DNA of 64,000 nucleotides, taken from Oscillospiraceae bacterium (lineage in GTDB: Bacteria; Bacillota; Clostridia; Oscillospirales; WRJC01). Positions 1 through 8,407 of this stretch are shown piece by piece. Position numbers and translations under genes: made by a program. The notes beneath the pieces are model-generated. The model made no database searches. It had not been told where the DNA came from and saw nothing but the letters and a program-made list of their open reading frames with translations. Every line of letters starts with the position of its first letter. The first letter of the stretch is position 1. The stretch is taken from NCBI GenBank assembly GCA_009783265.1, contig WRHM01000009.1, positions 29,339 to 93,338 on the forward strand, written 5' to 3'.

Positions 1-1
1 G

Positions 2-460
2 TTTATTTATGAAGACATGGGATTTAAAGGCGCGCCGTTTATGTCTCCGGCAATGTACAGGCAGTTTATCATGCCCAGCCATAAAGCCACGCTTGACTAC
101 GCTCACAGCAAAAATCTGAAAGTTATGATGCATTCATGCGGATTTATCGAGCCGTTATTGCCGCATATAGTAGAGGCAGGGATTGACGGCTTGCAGGTCA
201 TAGAAGTTAAAGCGGGCATGGATCTGCTCAGGATTTTCAAAAACTTCGGCGATAAGATAGCTTTGATGGGCGGTATCGACGTGAGAACGTTATACTCAAA
301 CGACAAAAAAATAATCGACGCCGAACTTGAAAGCAAAATCCCAGTAGTTAAAGAAGGCTTCGCGTATTTTCTGCACTCGGATCATTCGATTCCCAAAACC
401 GTCGAATATGAAACATATAAATATTTTATAGAAAAAGGGTTTGAACTTGGGAAATATTAG
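2..460 (+). CDS. Uroporphyrinogen decarboxylase (URO-D) family protein, MtaA/CmuA-like methyltransferase; 5' end cut by window edge
   Basis: Frame is open to base 2 (FIYEDMGFKGAPFMSP...). The HSCG...GIDGLQ...GGID...LHSDHSIP pattern is typical of the URO-D/MtaA family C-terminal half. Confidence 0.75.
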   Translation, partial: FIYEDMGFKGAPFMSPAMYRQFIMPSHKATLDYAHSKNLKVMMHSCGFIEPLLPHIVEAGIDGLQVIEVKAGMDLLRIFKNFGDKIALMGGIDVRTLYSNDKKIIDAELESKIPVVKEGFAYFLHSDHSIPKTVEYETYKYFIEKGFELGKY

Positions 461-514
461 AATTGAATTGTGGTATAGAATAGCGTAAAAATTTTATATA
501 ATGTGCAGAAGCAC

Positions 515-545
515 AAAAAAAGAGAACATAGCGTTCTCTTTTTTA
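515..545 (+). terminator. Intrinsic terminator after URO-D family gene
   Basis: agagaac-atagc-gttctct stem-loop followed by a T-run. Confidence 0.7.
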
Positions 546-621
546 ATAATGGTAAGGCAGGAAATGTTTTTGATTATTCTATGGTGTATAATAATATTAC
601 CGTGCGGAAGGAGAAACAACC

Positions 622-1881
622 ATGCAGAACGACTATATAAAACCGTCGCTTGATTATATTGAGCAAAACTTAAAAACTGATATAAAAACAGCAGAACTCG
701 CGAATATGACGGGTTATTCCGTCACGCATTATTATCGTTTATTTAATAAAGCGACAGGGTTGTCGGTTGCCAACTACATTTCTAAAAAACGTATAAATCA
801 TGCGCTGTTTGAAATATTAGCCGGACGAAAAGCGATTGATGCGGTTTTGGAATACGGTTTTGATACTTACGCGGGATTTTATAAAGCGTTCGTAAAAATG
901 CATGGCTGTTCTCCGATGAAATATTTAACTATATACAAAAATTTAACGCCAAAAGAGTTGGAGGATATACTCATGGAATATAATTTAACAGAAACACAAA
1001 AAAATGCAATAATAGAGAGCAAGGGAGACGGTTTTTATTTAAAAGTCTTACAGGATTATGAATTATACTCAGAAAAATGGAAATTGATCGATTTTGAGTT
1101 TGACGAAAATTATCATTGGTTCGTTACGTTTTACTGCAAGTCCGAACTGTACGGGGACTGCGTTTTAAAAATATACGACGACGATGAAATCGTGCGCGAA
1201 TATAACGCCCTGCTTGAATATGAAAATAACGGCGGGTACTGTGTTAAGGCTTTAGGGTATGAACCAAACGACCATACAAACGGAGCCATGCTTACCGAGC
1301 GTATTTTTCCGGGGGAAAAATTGGGAGAAGACCCGTCGCTTGAAAAAAAACTGGCGGTATATTCGGAAATTTTTAATAAATTGCATATTGAGCCAAAAAA
1401 TCCTGAAATATACGGTTCTTACGCAGACGGGATTATTGATAGTTTAGATTACACGATAGACAGACGAGAAGATAACAAAGAATTGTATTTTCACGCATTG
1501 AAAGCAAAAGAGATATGTTTAGAAATAGCGTCCGTTTATAATAAAAAGCTGTTGCTTCACGGAGGTTTGCATTTCGGAAATATCTTATCGTGCGAAAACG
1601 GAAACTATAAAATAGTAAACCCTGCCGGAATTATCGGCGACCCTGTATTTGAAACGGGCGCGCTTATGTATCATGAATGTTTGTGGCATGGCAGAGACCC
1701 CGAAAAAACAGAAACAGTCATAAATTATTTAGAAAAAAGTTTGAATATCCCGAATAAAATCATAAGGCAATGCGCTTATATCACCGTCGTCTCAGATCAA
1801 TGCTCCTGGGTCAGATGGCATTCGGGTTATGACGTTGAAAAATCAAAATTTGCGGAAAGTATTATGAATAAAGCGAAATAA
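622..1881 (+). CDS. AraC-type HTH (N-terminal) fused to aminoglycoside/streptomycin-6-kinase-like (APH) domain with degenerate catalytic motifs
   Basis: N-terminus matches the AraC double HTH (TAELANMTGYSVTHYYRLF...AVLEYGFDTYAGFYKAFVKMHGCSP). C-terminus has APH(6)-type landmarks (VLKIY, LLLHGGLHFGNIL, IVNPAGIIGDP). RBS ggaagGAGaaac lies upstream. Confidence 0.7.
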   Translation: MQNDYIKPSLDYIEQNLKTDIKTAELANMTGYSVTHYYRLFNKATGLSVANYISKKRINHALFEILAGRKAIDAVLEYGFDTYAGFYKAFVKMHGCSPMKYLTIYKNLTPKELEDILMEYNLTETQKNAIIESKGDGFYLKVLQDYELYSEKWKLIDFEFDENYHWFVTFYCKSELYGDCVLKIYDDDEIVREYNALLEYENNGGYCVKALGYEPNDHTNGAMLTERIFPGEKLGEDPSLEKKLAVYSEIFNKLHIEPKNPEIYGSYADGIIDSLDYTIDRREDNKELYFHALKAKEICLEIASVYNKKLLLHGGLHFGNILSCENGNYKIVNPAGIIGDPVFETGALMYHECLWHGRDPEKTETVINYLEKSLNIPNKIIRQCAYITVVSDQCSWVRWHSGYDVEKSKFAESIMNKAK

Positions 1882-1907
1882 GCGTTTTTTAGCAAGAATA
1901 ATAAAAC

Positions 1908-1933
1908 GGGCGGCCGCAAAGGTCGCCCCTATG
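1908..1933. terminator. Bidirectional terminator; member of the TAGGGGCG palindromic repeat family (reverse orientation)
   Basis: gggcggcc-gcaaa-ggtcgccc stem (8 bp, one G-U), with an A-run before and a T-run after. Lies between convergent genes. Confidence 0.7.
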
Positions 1934-1936
1934 TTT

Positions 1937-3316
1937 TTATTTTACCGGCGTTTGCCCGGCTTTGACAAGAGAGTTAGTATAATCCGGATACAGCCATTCT
2001 AAATTATTTCTGTCAAGCAATTTAAAGCTGCCGCCGTCGTCCCATATAATAGACGGTATTCCCAGTTCTTTTAATTTGACTATATAATAATCCGCCCATT
2101 TTATTATTTCGGCTTCGTTTGAATTACCGTCGGGCATAGTCCTGAATATCGCTCCTGTTTCACCCATAATAGTTGGAATATTATTTGATACAAAATATTT
2201 ATCTAAAATTTTCAGGACATTATTGAGATTAGAAGAAACGCTCCCGACTTTTAAATCAAAATACCAACTGAACCATTCGGAATCGTCGGGCGCGGTCACA
2301 AATCCCCACGGCTCGTAATAATGCACAGATGCGATTAATCTGTCTCTCGGGTCGTTGATTTTTAATTTTCCCGTTTCTTTATCTACAAACAATCCTATCC
2401 TGCCCTCTCCGTCGTTTGTATCCATTCCAACGCTCGCAAAATACGGCGTTACCATTAAGTGCCTGTCGGGATTTTTGCCTCTGCCCGCCCTTATTGTATC
2501 AACAAATGTCTGCTGTATAGCATTTAAAAAATTGCACTGTTCAGCCCAGATTTCTTTGGTTATATTATTTAGTCCCTCTGTTCTCGGTTCGTTTAGAGCC
2601 TCAAAAATCAAATGCTCGTCATAATCTTCAAACCGTTTGGCGATCTGCTCCCAGAGCTTTCCCATACGGTTTTTGAATTCCTGCTTTTCAGAATCCGTAA
2701 ACGGCCTGCTGCCGCCATCTTCTTCTATATGATAAAGCGTGAGCCAGCCACATTCCCAATTATCGCCGCTTTTGTAATCGTCATGATGAATATTTAAAAT
2801 ACAGAACATGCCGTTTTGTATCACATAATCCACAACTTCCTGCACTCTATCAAGCAATTCACCGCCGATTTTATAATCCGGTCCGGGCCCTGTGAATATA
2901 TACCATGTGACGGGGATTCTTACTGTATTGAATCCCGATTCTTTTATCTTGTCAATCATTTCTTTGGTCGTAACGGGATTACCCCACATTGTTTCCTGCT
3001 CCTGAGGGGAATTTATTGTTCCCCACGGGCGGCCGTTCCAGTGCGCGTCAAAAGTATTGCCGAGATTCCAGCCGGCAGATATTTTATGAACAAGTTCAAG
3101 CGAAGTGAGACTTCCGACATCTTCTCCGCCGGCTTTTTCAATTTCAGCTTCAATTATATTCCCGGTTTCTTTTGGTTTTTCTTTTTCCATATTATCAGTT
3201 TCCTCCGTTTCAGATTTTTCAATTTCGCCGTTAATATCGCATTTAGCCGCCGCCGTTACTGTGATTACGGCTAAAAGTATCAGTGACATAATAAATTTGA
3301 TTTTTTTGATTTTCAT
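1937..3316 (-). CDS. Glycoside hydrolase family 5 (cellulase/endoglucanase-like), secreted
   Basis: N-terminal signal/anchor. Motifs GWNLGNTFDA, VRIPVTW, FEALNEP (acid/base Glu) and GETG (nucleophile Glu). Confidence 0.85.
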   Translation of the reverse strand: MKIKKIKFIMSLILLAVITVTAAAKCDINGEIEKSETEETDNMEKEKPKETGNIIEAEIEKAGGEDVGSLTSLELVHKISAGWNLGNTFDAHWNGRPWGTINSPQEQETMWGNPVTTKEMIDKIKESGFNTVRIPVTWYIFTGPGPDYKIGGELLDRVQEVVDYVIQNGMFCILNIHHDDYKSGDNWECGWLTLYHIEEDGGSRPFTDSEKQEFKNRMGKLWEQIAKRFEDYDEHLIFEALNEPRTEGLNNITKEIWAEQCNFLNAIQQTFVDTIRAGRGKNPDRHLMVTPYFASVGMDTNDGEGRIGLFVDKETGKLKINDPRDRLIASVHYYEPWGFVTAPDDSEWFSWYFDLKVGSVSSNLNNVLKILDKYFVSNNIPTIMGETGAIFRTMPDGNSNEAEIIKWADYYIVKLKELGIPSIIWDDGGSFKLLDRNNLEWLYPDYTNSLVKAGQTPVK

Positions 3317-3439
3317 ATAACATCTCCAAACTTGCGCTTATCAATTTATTCCAGATAATAATTATACGCTTTTTAAAACGCATAAAATATGAACTGTTTG
3401 TTAAATTATATTAATCAAAAGTTTTTTTGCCCGCCCCTC

Positions 3440-3468
3440 TTGACAAGCTGAAATTTTTGTGTTAATAT
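3440..3468 (+). promoter_or_regulatory. Sigma-A type promoter (TTGACA-17-TAATAT)
   Basis: Exact -35, 17-nt spacer and near-consensus -10, about 30 nt upstream of the small ORF at 3499. Confidence 0.65.
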
Positions 3469-3498
3469 ATCCTACAATAATTATTCGGGAGGCGCAGA

Positions 3499-3591
3499 AT
3501 GTTGACTGATTTTGTTAAAGTTAATTCTGTTATTATAATAATCAGCATTATTGAGATTAGCAATAGTGCCGTTTTGCGTTGTGCTGAATAA
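3499..3591 (+). CDS. 30-aa Ile-rich small ORF (MLTDFVKVNSVIIIISIIEISNSAVLRCAE); leader peptide or small hydrophobic peptide
   Basis: GGGAGG RBS 6 nt upstream of the ATG, a consensus promoter upstream and an intrinsic terminator 24 nt downstream. Too short for the supplied ORF track. Confidence 0.45.
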   Translation: MLTDFVKVNSVIIIISIIEISNSAVLRCAE

Positions 3592-3614
3592 GGGTGTGTG
3601 TGAAACTTCAGGAA

Positions 3615-3645
3615 CCCTTGCGGCAAACGCCGCAGGGGATTTTTT
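3615..3645 (+). terminator. Intrinsic terminator/attenuator between small ORF and XRE-cupin gene
   Basis: cccttgcggc-aaac-gccgcagggg stem (one bulge) followed by TTTTTT. Confidence 0.6.
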
Positions 3646-3711
3646 AGTTTATATAGATTTATAATATTATAAAACAACAACAACAAAATTAAAAGTTTAG
3701 GAGGAATAATT

Positions 3712-4269
3712 ATGACAGAGCAATTATCAGAAATCGGCGGCAGGCTTGCGGCTCTCAGGGATATTATGGATATTCCGGCTGAAAAGATGGCGGCGGATAT
3801 GAAAACTGACGTCGGGGAATATATTGCGTACGAACGCGGCGAACGTGATTTTTCGTTTAGTTTTTTGCAGAACGCGGCGAATATCCTCGGCGTGGATATT
3901 GTGGATATTATCAGCGGCGAATCGCCGAAACTGACAAAATGCACGCTTGTGAGAAAAGGCAAAGGCTATGATATAATGCGCCGCGAAGCGTATGATTATA
4001 AACATCTGGCTTTTACGTTCAGGGATAAAAAATCCGAGCCGTTTATGGTGACGGTGGAACCGAAAGAAGAAGAGCTTAAACCTACGCTCCATTCGCATGA
4101 GGGGCAGGAGTTTAACTATATGGTATCAGGCAAAATGGAATTTTATCTTGACAATAATATTTACGAACTCGATGCAGGCGACAGCGTATATTTTGATTCG
4201 GGTATTCCCCACGCAATGAAAGCTGTCGGGGGACAGCCGGCAAAATTTATCGCCGTTGTGATAAAATAA
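3712..4269 (+). CDS. XRE-family HTH + cupin domain transcriptional regulator
   Basis: N-terminal HTH_3-like segment (IGGRLAALRDIMDIPAEKMAADMKTDVGEYIAYERGE). C-terminal cupin (HSHEGQEFNYMVSGKMEF...GDSVYFDSGIPH). AGGAGG RBS. Confidence 0.85.
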   Translation: MTEQLSEIGGRLAALRDIMDIPAEKMAADMKTDVGEYIAYERGERDFSFSFLQNAANILGVDIVDIISGESPKLTKCTLVRKGKGYDIMRREAYDYKHLAFTFRDKKSEPFMVTVEPKEEELKPTLHSHEGQEFNYMVSGKMEFYLDNNIYELDAGDSVYFDSGIPHAMKAVGGQPAKFIAVVIK

Positions 4270-4271
4270 TA

Positions 4272-4298
4272 TGTAGGAGAGATTAGTAATCGCCCGTG
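4272..4298 (+). repeat. GC-rich palindromic element, copy a (tgtaggagagattagtaatcgcccgtg)
   Basis: Imperfect hairpin. Left member of an inverted pair with 4357-4382. Confidence 0.6.
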
Positions 4299-4356
4299 AA
4301 AAATATAAAATGTTTTTCGAATAAATAAAACAAATAGTTTTGATTTCATCAGATTT

Positions 4357-4382
4357 GCGGGCGATTGGTAATCGCCCCTACA
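4357..4382 (-). repeat. GC-rich palindromic element, copy b (rc: tgtaggggcgattaccaatcgcccgc)
   Basis: Its reverse complement matches copy a at about 21/25 positions. It is also self-palindromic (gggcgatt-gg-taatcgccc). Confidence 0.6.
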
Positions 4383-4411
4383 AAAATACGAAAAGAGGTT
4401 AATTTAATATT

Positions 4412-6103
4412 ATGCTTATGTATGAAAAATATATAGGGAAAAACAGGGATGATTTCACGTCATACGACGATGTTATGCAAAACTTTAAAATCAAATATAA
4501 CGACGATTTTAATTTCGCGTATGACGTACTTGACGAACTGGCGCGAACACAACCGGATAATTTATGCATGATGTGGATCTCAAACGAGGGCGAAGAAAAA
4601 GCTATATCGTTTGCCGAAATGGCGAAATATTCAGATAAAGCCGCGAATTATTTTAAGTCTCTCGGGATTCGCAAAGGCGATTTTGTAATGCTCGTACTAA
4701 AAAGAAGCTATCTTTTCTGGTACTGCATGATGGGTCTGCATAAAATCGGAGCGGTCGCGGTTCAGGCGGCGCACTTGCTGACAAAAGACGATTATATATA
4801 CAGGTGCAACGCGGGCAATATAAAAATGGCGGTGATTACCGGAGATAATAACTGCACAGAGGCTTTCGACGGAGGAGAATCAGAATATGAAACAGTCGAA
4901 ATAAAAGCCGTGACAAAACATAAAAAAGCCGGAAGCGGCTGGCTGGATTTTGAAGCGGGGCTTGAAGCCGCGTCAGAAATATGGAAACGTCCGGCGGGAG
5001 AAAATAACACCAAAGCGACGGATATGATGATTATGTCGTTTTCGTCCGGCACGACGGGTTATCCCAAAATGGTAGCGCATGATTATACTTATCCGTTAGG
5101 ACATATAGGAACGGGAATATTCTGGCACAGAGTTATAAAAGGCGGCCTGCATTTCACTATTTCAGATACAGGCTGGCTTAAATCGCTCTGGGGCAAGATG
5201 TACGGCCAGTGGCTCGGCGAGTCCGCTGTCCTGACTTATGATTTTGAAAAGTTTAACGCAAAAGATATACTTGGCGTTATGGAAAAATATAAAGTCACTA
5301 CTTTTTGCGCGCCGCCAACTATGTACAGGCTTATATTAAACGAAGACGTGGCTTATTATGATTTATCAGGGCTTAAACACTGCTGCGCGGCTGGGGAGGC
5401 GTTGAGCCATGATCTGTTCAGCAAATGGCAGGCGCTTACAGGGCTTAATATATACGAGGGGTTCGGGCAGACCGAAACGACTTTGTGCTGCGCGACTTTA
5501 TACCCGTTCACCGAGCCTCGCCCAAGCGCGATGGGCATGACTGTTCCGGGATATGACATGATAATAGCAGATGCCGAAGGCAACAGCGTCGCCGCAGGCG
5601 TAACGGGAGAAATCTGTATCAGGGCTGAGTCGCACGAAAACCGTCCGGTCGGGTTATATATGGGCTATCACAAAAACGAAGAAGCCACGCAAAATTCATG
5701 GCACGACGGACTGTTTCATACCGGAGACACGGCATATCGCGACGAGCAGGGATATCTATGGTATGTCGGGCGCAACGACGATATTATAAAATCCTCAGGT
5801 TATCGTATAGGGCCTTTTGAAGTCGAGAGCGTATTATTAAAACATCCGGCGGTCGCCGAAGTCGCTGTAACAGGTGTGCCCGACGAGATACGCGGATTCA
5901 GCGTAAAAGCTACGATAGTTCTTGCGAAAAATTACACGCCGTCGAAAGAACTAATAAAAGAATTGCAAGATTTTGTGAAAAAGACCACCGCGCCTTATAA
6001 ATATCCGCGGGTTATCGATTTTATCGACGAATTGCCCAAGACTATAAATGGCAAAATCCGCAGGGTTGAGATACGCAATAAAGATATGAGTAGCGTGAAA
6101 TAA
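4412..6103 (+). CDS. AMP-forming acyl-CoA synthetase (medium-chain/ACSM-like, AMP-binding family)
   Basis: AMP-binding signature MSFSSGTTGYPKMV, plus YGQTE-like EGFGQTET, GDTAYRDEQGYLWYVGRNDDIIKSSGYRIGPFEVE and the C-terminal PKTINGKIRR. Confidence 0.9.
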   Translation: MLMYEKYIGKNRDDFTSYDDVMQNFKIKYNDDFNFAYDVLDELARTQPDNLCMMWISNEGEEKAISFAEMAKYSDKAANYFKSLGIRKGDFVMLVLKRSYLFWYCMMGLHKIGAVAVQAAHLLTKDDYIYRCNAGNIKMAVITGDNNCTEAFDGGESEYETVEIKAVTKHKKAGSGWLDFEAGLEAASEIWKRPAGENNTKATDMMIMSFSSGTTGYPKMVAHDYTYPLGHIGTGIFWHRVIKGGLHFTISDTGWLKSLWGKMYGQWLGESAVLTYDFEKFNAKDILGVMEKYKVTTFCAPPTMYRLILNEDVAYYDLSGLKHCCAAGEALSHDLFSKWQALTGLNIYEGFGQTETTLCCATLYPFTEPRPSAMGMTVPGYDMIIADAEGNSVAAGVTGEICIRAESHENRPVGLYMGYHKNEEATQNSWHDGLFHTGDTAYRDEQGYLWYVGRNDDIIKSSGYRIGPFEVESVLLKHPAVAEVAVTGVPDEIRGFSVKATIVLAKNYTPSKELIKELQDFVKKTTAPYKYPRVIDFIDELPKTINGKIRRVEIRNKDMSSVK

Positions 6104-6120
6104 AAATATTTCATATCCGC

Positions 6121-6149
6121 TTGACATCTATGAATAAATATGATATAAT
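6121..6149 (+). promoter_or_regulatory. Consensus sigma-A promoter (TTGACA-17-TATAAT) with no protein gene downstream
   Basis: Perfect -35 and -10 with a 17-nt spacer. Drives the candidate sRNA. Confidence 0.7.
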
Positions 6150-6155
6150 AGGGTC

Positions 6156-6290
6156 ACAAATAATTGAGAGGGTATGCAACACCCTCTCGCGTACACTGGC
6201 GGTACGGCTAAACTCGATTAAACTAAAATAGTCTAATGCGAAAAAATAGACAGCACCTTTAGCTCGGGCGGTCTATTTTTTCTTGTTTTT
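6156..6290 (+). ncRNA. Candidate about 135-nt sRNA (antitoxin-like), 3' end antisense to the small ORF 6273-6365
   Basis: Bounded by a consensus promoter and a bidirectional terminator (atagacagc...gcggtctat + T-run). Contains the internal hairpin gagagggt-atgcaac-accctctc. No ORF with an RBS. Confidence 0.5.
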
Positions 6291-6365
6291 TATCGTTACG
6301 TAAATTGATATTCCGGTAACGACTATTGAAACAATAGTCAAACAGAGTGTCAATACTTCCAACAT
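6273..6365 (-). CDS. 30-aa hydrophobic peptide MLEVLTLCLTIVSIVVTGISIYVTIKNKKK (type I toxin-like)
   Basis: GGGGG RBS 7 nt upstream of the ATG and its own consensus promoter. Single predicted TM helix with a polybasic C-terminus. Stop codon lies inside the shared terminator. Confidence 0.55.
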   Translation of the reverse strand: MLEVLTLCLTIVSIVVTGISIYVTIKNKKK

Positions 6366-6435
6366 CGACCAACCCCCTTCCGGCTTTCAGCCTTTAGAGT
6401 TCAGCCTTTGTCCACCGCCCCGTGTACTTAGTTAA

Positions 6436-6464
6436 ATTATACCAGAAGTTATAATAAAAGTCAA
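6436..6464 (-). promoter_or_regulatory. Consensus sigma-A promoter (TTGACT-17-TATAAT) for the small hydrophobic ORF
   Basis: Read on the minus strand as ttgact-tttattataacttctgg-tataat. Gives a 5' UTR of about 64 nt. Confidence 0.7.
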
Positions 6465-6495
6465 CTATAAGTTATATGTTTTTGAATATATTGCC

Positions 6496-6545
6496 AACGC
6501 CCGCAAAAGTTTACAAATATTTTTGCAGGCGTTGTTTTTTATTTT
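6496..6545 (+). terminator. Second plus-strand intrinsic terminator beyond the toxin promoter
   Basis: aacgcccgcaaaa...ttttgcaggcgtt 13-bp stem (one mismatch) plus a long T-run. No plus-strand gene precedes it except the sRNA unit. Confidence 0.55.
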
Positions 6546-6823
6546 ATTTTTTATGCTATAATATCTACGAAAAGAATTATTATGTACGCAGTTTGATTTA
6601 AGGCATAGTGCGAAACGAATTTATATAATGAACGGTATAGTTTTGACAATTTTTGGGGTGTTTTTACGGTTCTCTTTTATATTACAGCCTATGTTATATT
6701 AGCAGGATTTTTCGTTATCGAAAAATTTTTGCGTAAAAAGAGTGGAATATATCATTAAAAATGCCGACGAAACCGGATTATATATAGTTTCGCAATCGGC
6801 TAAAATAAAAATTTAATAGTGAG

Positions 6824-6833
6824 GGAAATTTAT
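6824..6833 (+). repeat. Cassette 5' core motif GGAAATTTAT (copy overlapping the SBP start codon)
   Basis: Same 10-mer as at 11156, 59355 and 30050 (rc). Confidence 0.5.
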
Positions 6834-8331
6834 GTTAATTAAAAAACTTATTTTTGCGATTATAGTTGCTTGTATAATTTTCACAGTATCATGCGGCGAT
6901 TCGAATAATCAAAATGTCAATGGCGATTCAATATCTAAAACTGATAATACGAATCCTGAAGAAAAAAACGAAGAAACAGGGGAGATTGCCGAAGCGCGCG
7001 TACTGCCCGATTTGCCGGAGCAAAACTACGGCGGATATAAATTCACATGGCTGGCATTTGATTACGGAGTCAGTCATCCCGGCTCTGTCAGTCAATTCCC
7101 GCGTGAACTTGTGGCAGAAGAAGGAGACGGCGATATTATAATCGACGCTACATACAGAAGAAATCTGACTATATCCGAAAAATACGGCGTGGAATTTGAA
7201 ATGATTACAACGACTAACGAAAAAACCACTCTTAATAAAGCGGTCAAAGCGGGTGACGATATTTATGACGCGGCGATGATTTTCAACAATAATGCGCCGG
7301 GCGTTATGTCAGCCGACCTGCTTCTCGACACAAGCAAGCTGACATATGTAGACTGGGACAAACCATGGTGGGATTCCGCAATAAAAGCAATATCAATAGC
7401 CGGCAAAAACTTTTTTCTCGCCGGAGATATAATGATATTGGACAAAGAAGCCATTAACGTTCTGTTTTTCAATAAAAAACTGATGGCGGACAACAACATG
7501 GAACTTCCGTATCAATCGGTTTTGGACGGGAAATGGACGTTTGACAAATTAGACAGCTATATCAAGGATTTTTCGAAAGATTTAAACGGCGACGGAGTAA
7601 TAGGCAAAGGCGATATGCTGGGGCTTTATATTATGAGCGACGCGTTTCATGCGTTTTATGTCAGCGGAGGCGGGCTTCTCGCGGAGAACGACAGGAACGG
7701 CATACCTCAGCCGACGTTTGGTTCGGAGCAGAGCATTTTGGTCATGGATAAAATAGCCGACGTTCTATTCGGAAAAGAATATGTCACGAATTTTCATACA
7801 AACCAGTGGGGTACGGAATGGGATATGTACGCATCGTTCAACGAAGGCAGAATGCTTACGATGTGGGGGCGTCTGTACGTCCTTGATTCTCTTAGAAATA
7901 TGGACGACGATTTCGGGATACTGCCGCTGCCGAAATACAGCGAATCTCAGGAAAAATATTACAGCGATGTAAATTCTTATTCAGGATACATGATAGGGAT
8001 TCCCAAAAGCGCGTCAAACCCCGAAAGGACAAGCGTAATACTCGAAGCGCTCGCGGCTGAAAGCAGATATACCCTGCTCCCGGCGTATTATGACATTACT
8101 TTGCAGAGGAAATTTACCCGCGACGAAGAATCCGGGGCAATGCTTGATATATTATTCAGCACTACAGTATACGATTCTGGCGGAGCGTACAATTTCGCGG
8201 ACACATGGATTCAAATGTCTGGTTTATGCGGTAAAGAAGACAGGAATTTTGCTTCGTGGTGCGAAAAATACGAATTAAAAGTACAGCAGGCAATAGATAA
8301 AATGGTCGCACAGGTCGAAGCTATGGAATAA
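6832..8331 (+). CDS. ABC-type extracellular solute-binding lipoprotein (carbohydrate type), orphan
   Basis: Lipobox IFTVSC. Size and composition are typical of sugar SBPs. No permease or ATPase genes are adjacent. Confidence 0.7.
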   Translation: MLIKKLIFAIIVACIIFTVSCGDSNNQNVNGDSISKTDNTNPEEKNEETGEIAEARVLPDLPEQNYGGYKFTWLAFDYGVSHPGSVSQFPRELVAEEGDGDIIIDATYRRNLTISEKYGVEFEMITTTNEKTTLNKAVKAGDDIYDAAMIFNNNAPGVMSADLLLDTSKLTYVDWDKPWWDSAIKAISIAGKNFFLAGDIMILDKEAINVLFFNKKLMADNNMELPYQSVLDGKWTFDKLDSYIKDFSKDLNGDGVIGKGDMLGLYIMSDAFHAFYVSGGGLLAENDRNGIPQPTFGSEQSILVMDKIADVLFGKEYVTNFHTNQWGTEWDMYASFNEGRMLTMWGRLYVLDSLRNMDDDFGILPLPKYSESQEKYYSDVNSYSGYMIGIPKSASNPERTSVILEALAAESRYTLLPAYYDITLQRKFTRDEESGAMLDILFSTTVYDSGGAYNFADTWIQMSGLCGKEDRNFASWCEKYELKVQQAIDKMVAQVEAME

Positions 8332-8407
8332 ATTAAGTATATCCCCGATATTAAGGAAATTAATCCCATTCATTTATTAAATATTACATTATTCAAAGAG
8401 TTATAGT

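Noticed and set aside
6150-6200. The anti-SD-like CACCCUCUC in the candidate sRNA might pair with the toxin RBS (GGAAGGGGGUUGG).
   Set aside because: The best register has 2 mismatches and a wobble in 12 nt, and the segment is sequestered in the sRNA's own hairpin. It is not strong enough to claim; the 3'-overlap is the supported interaction.
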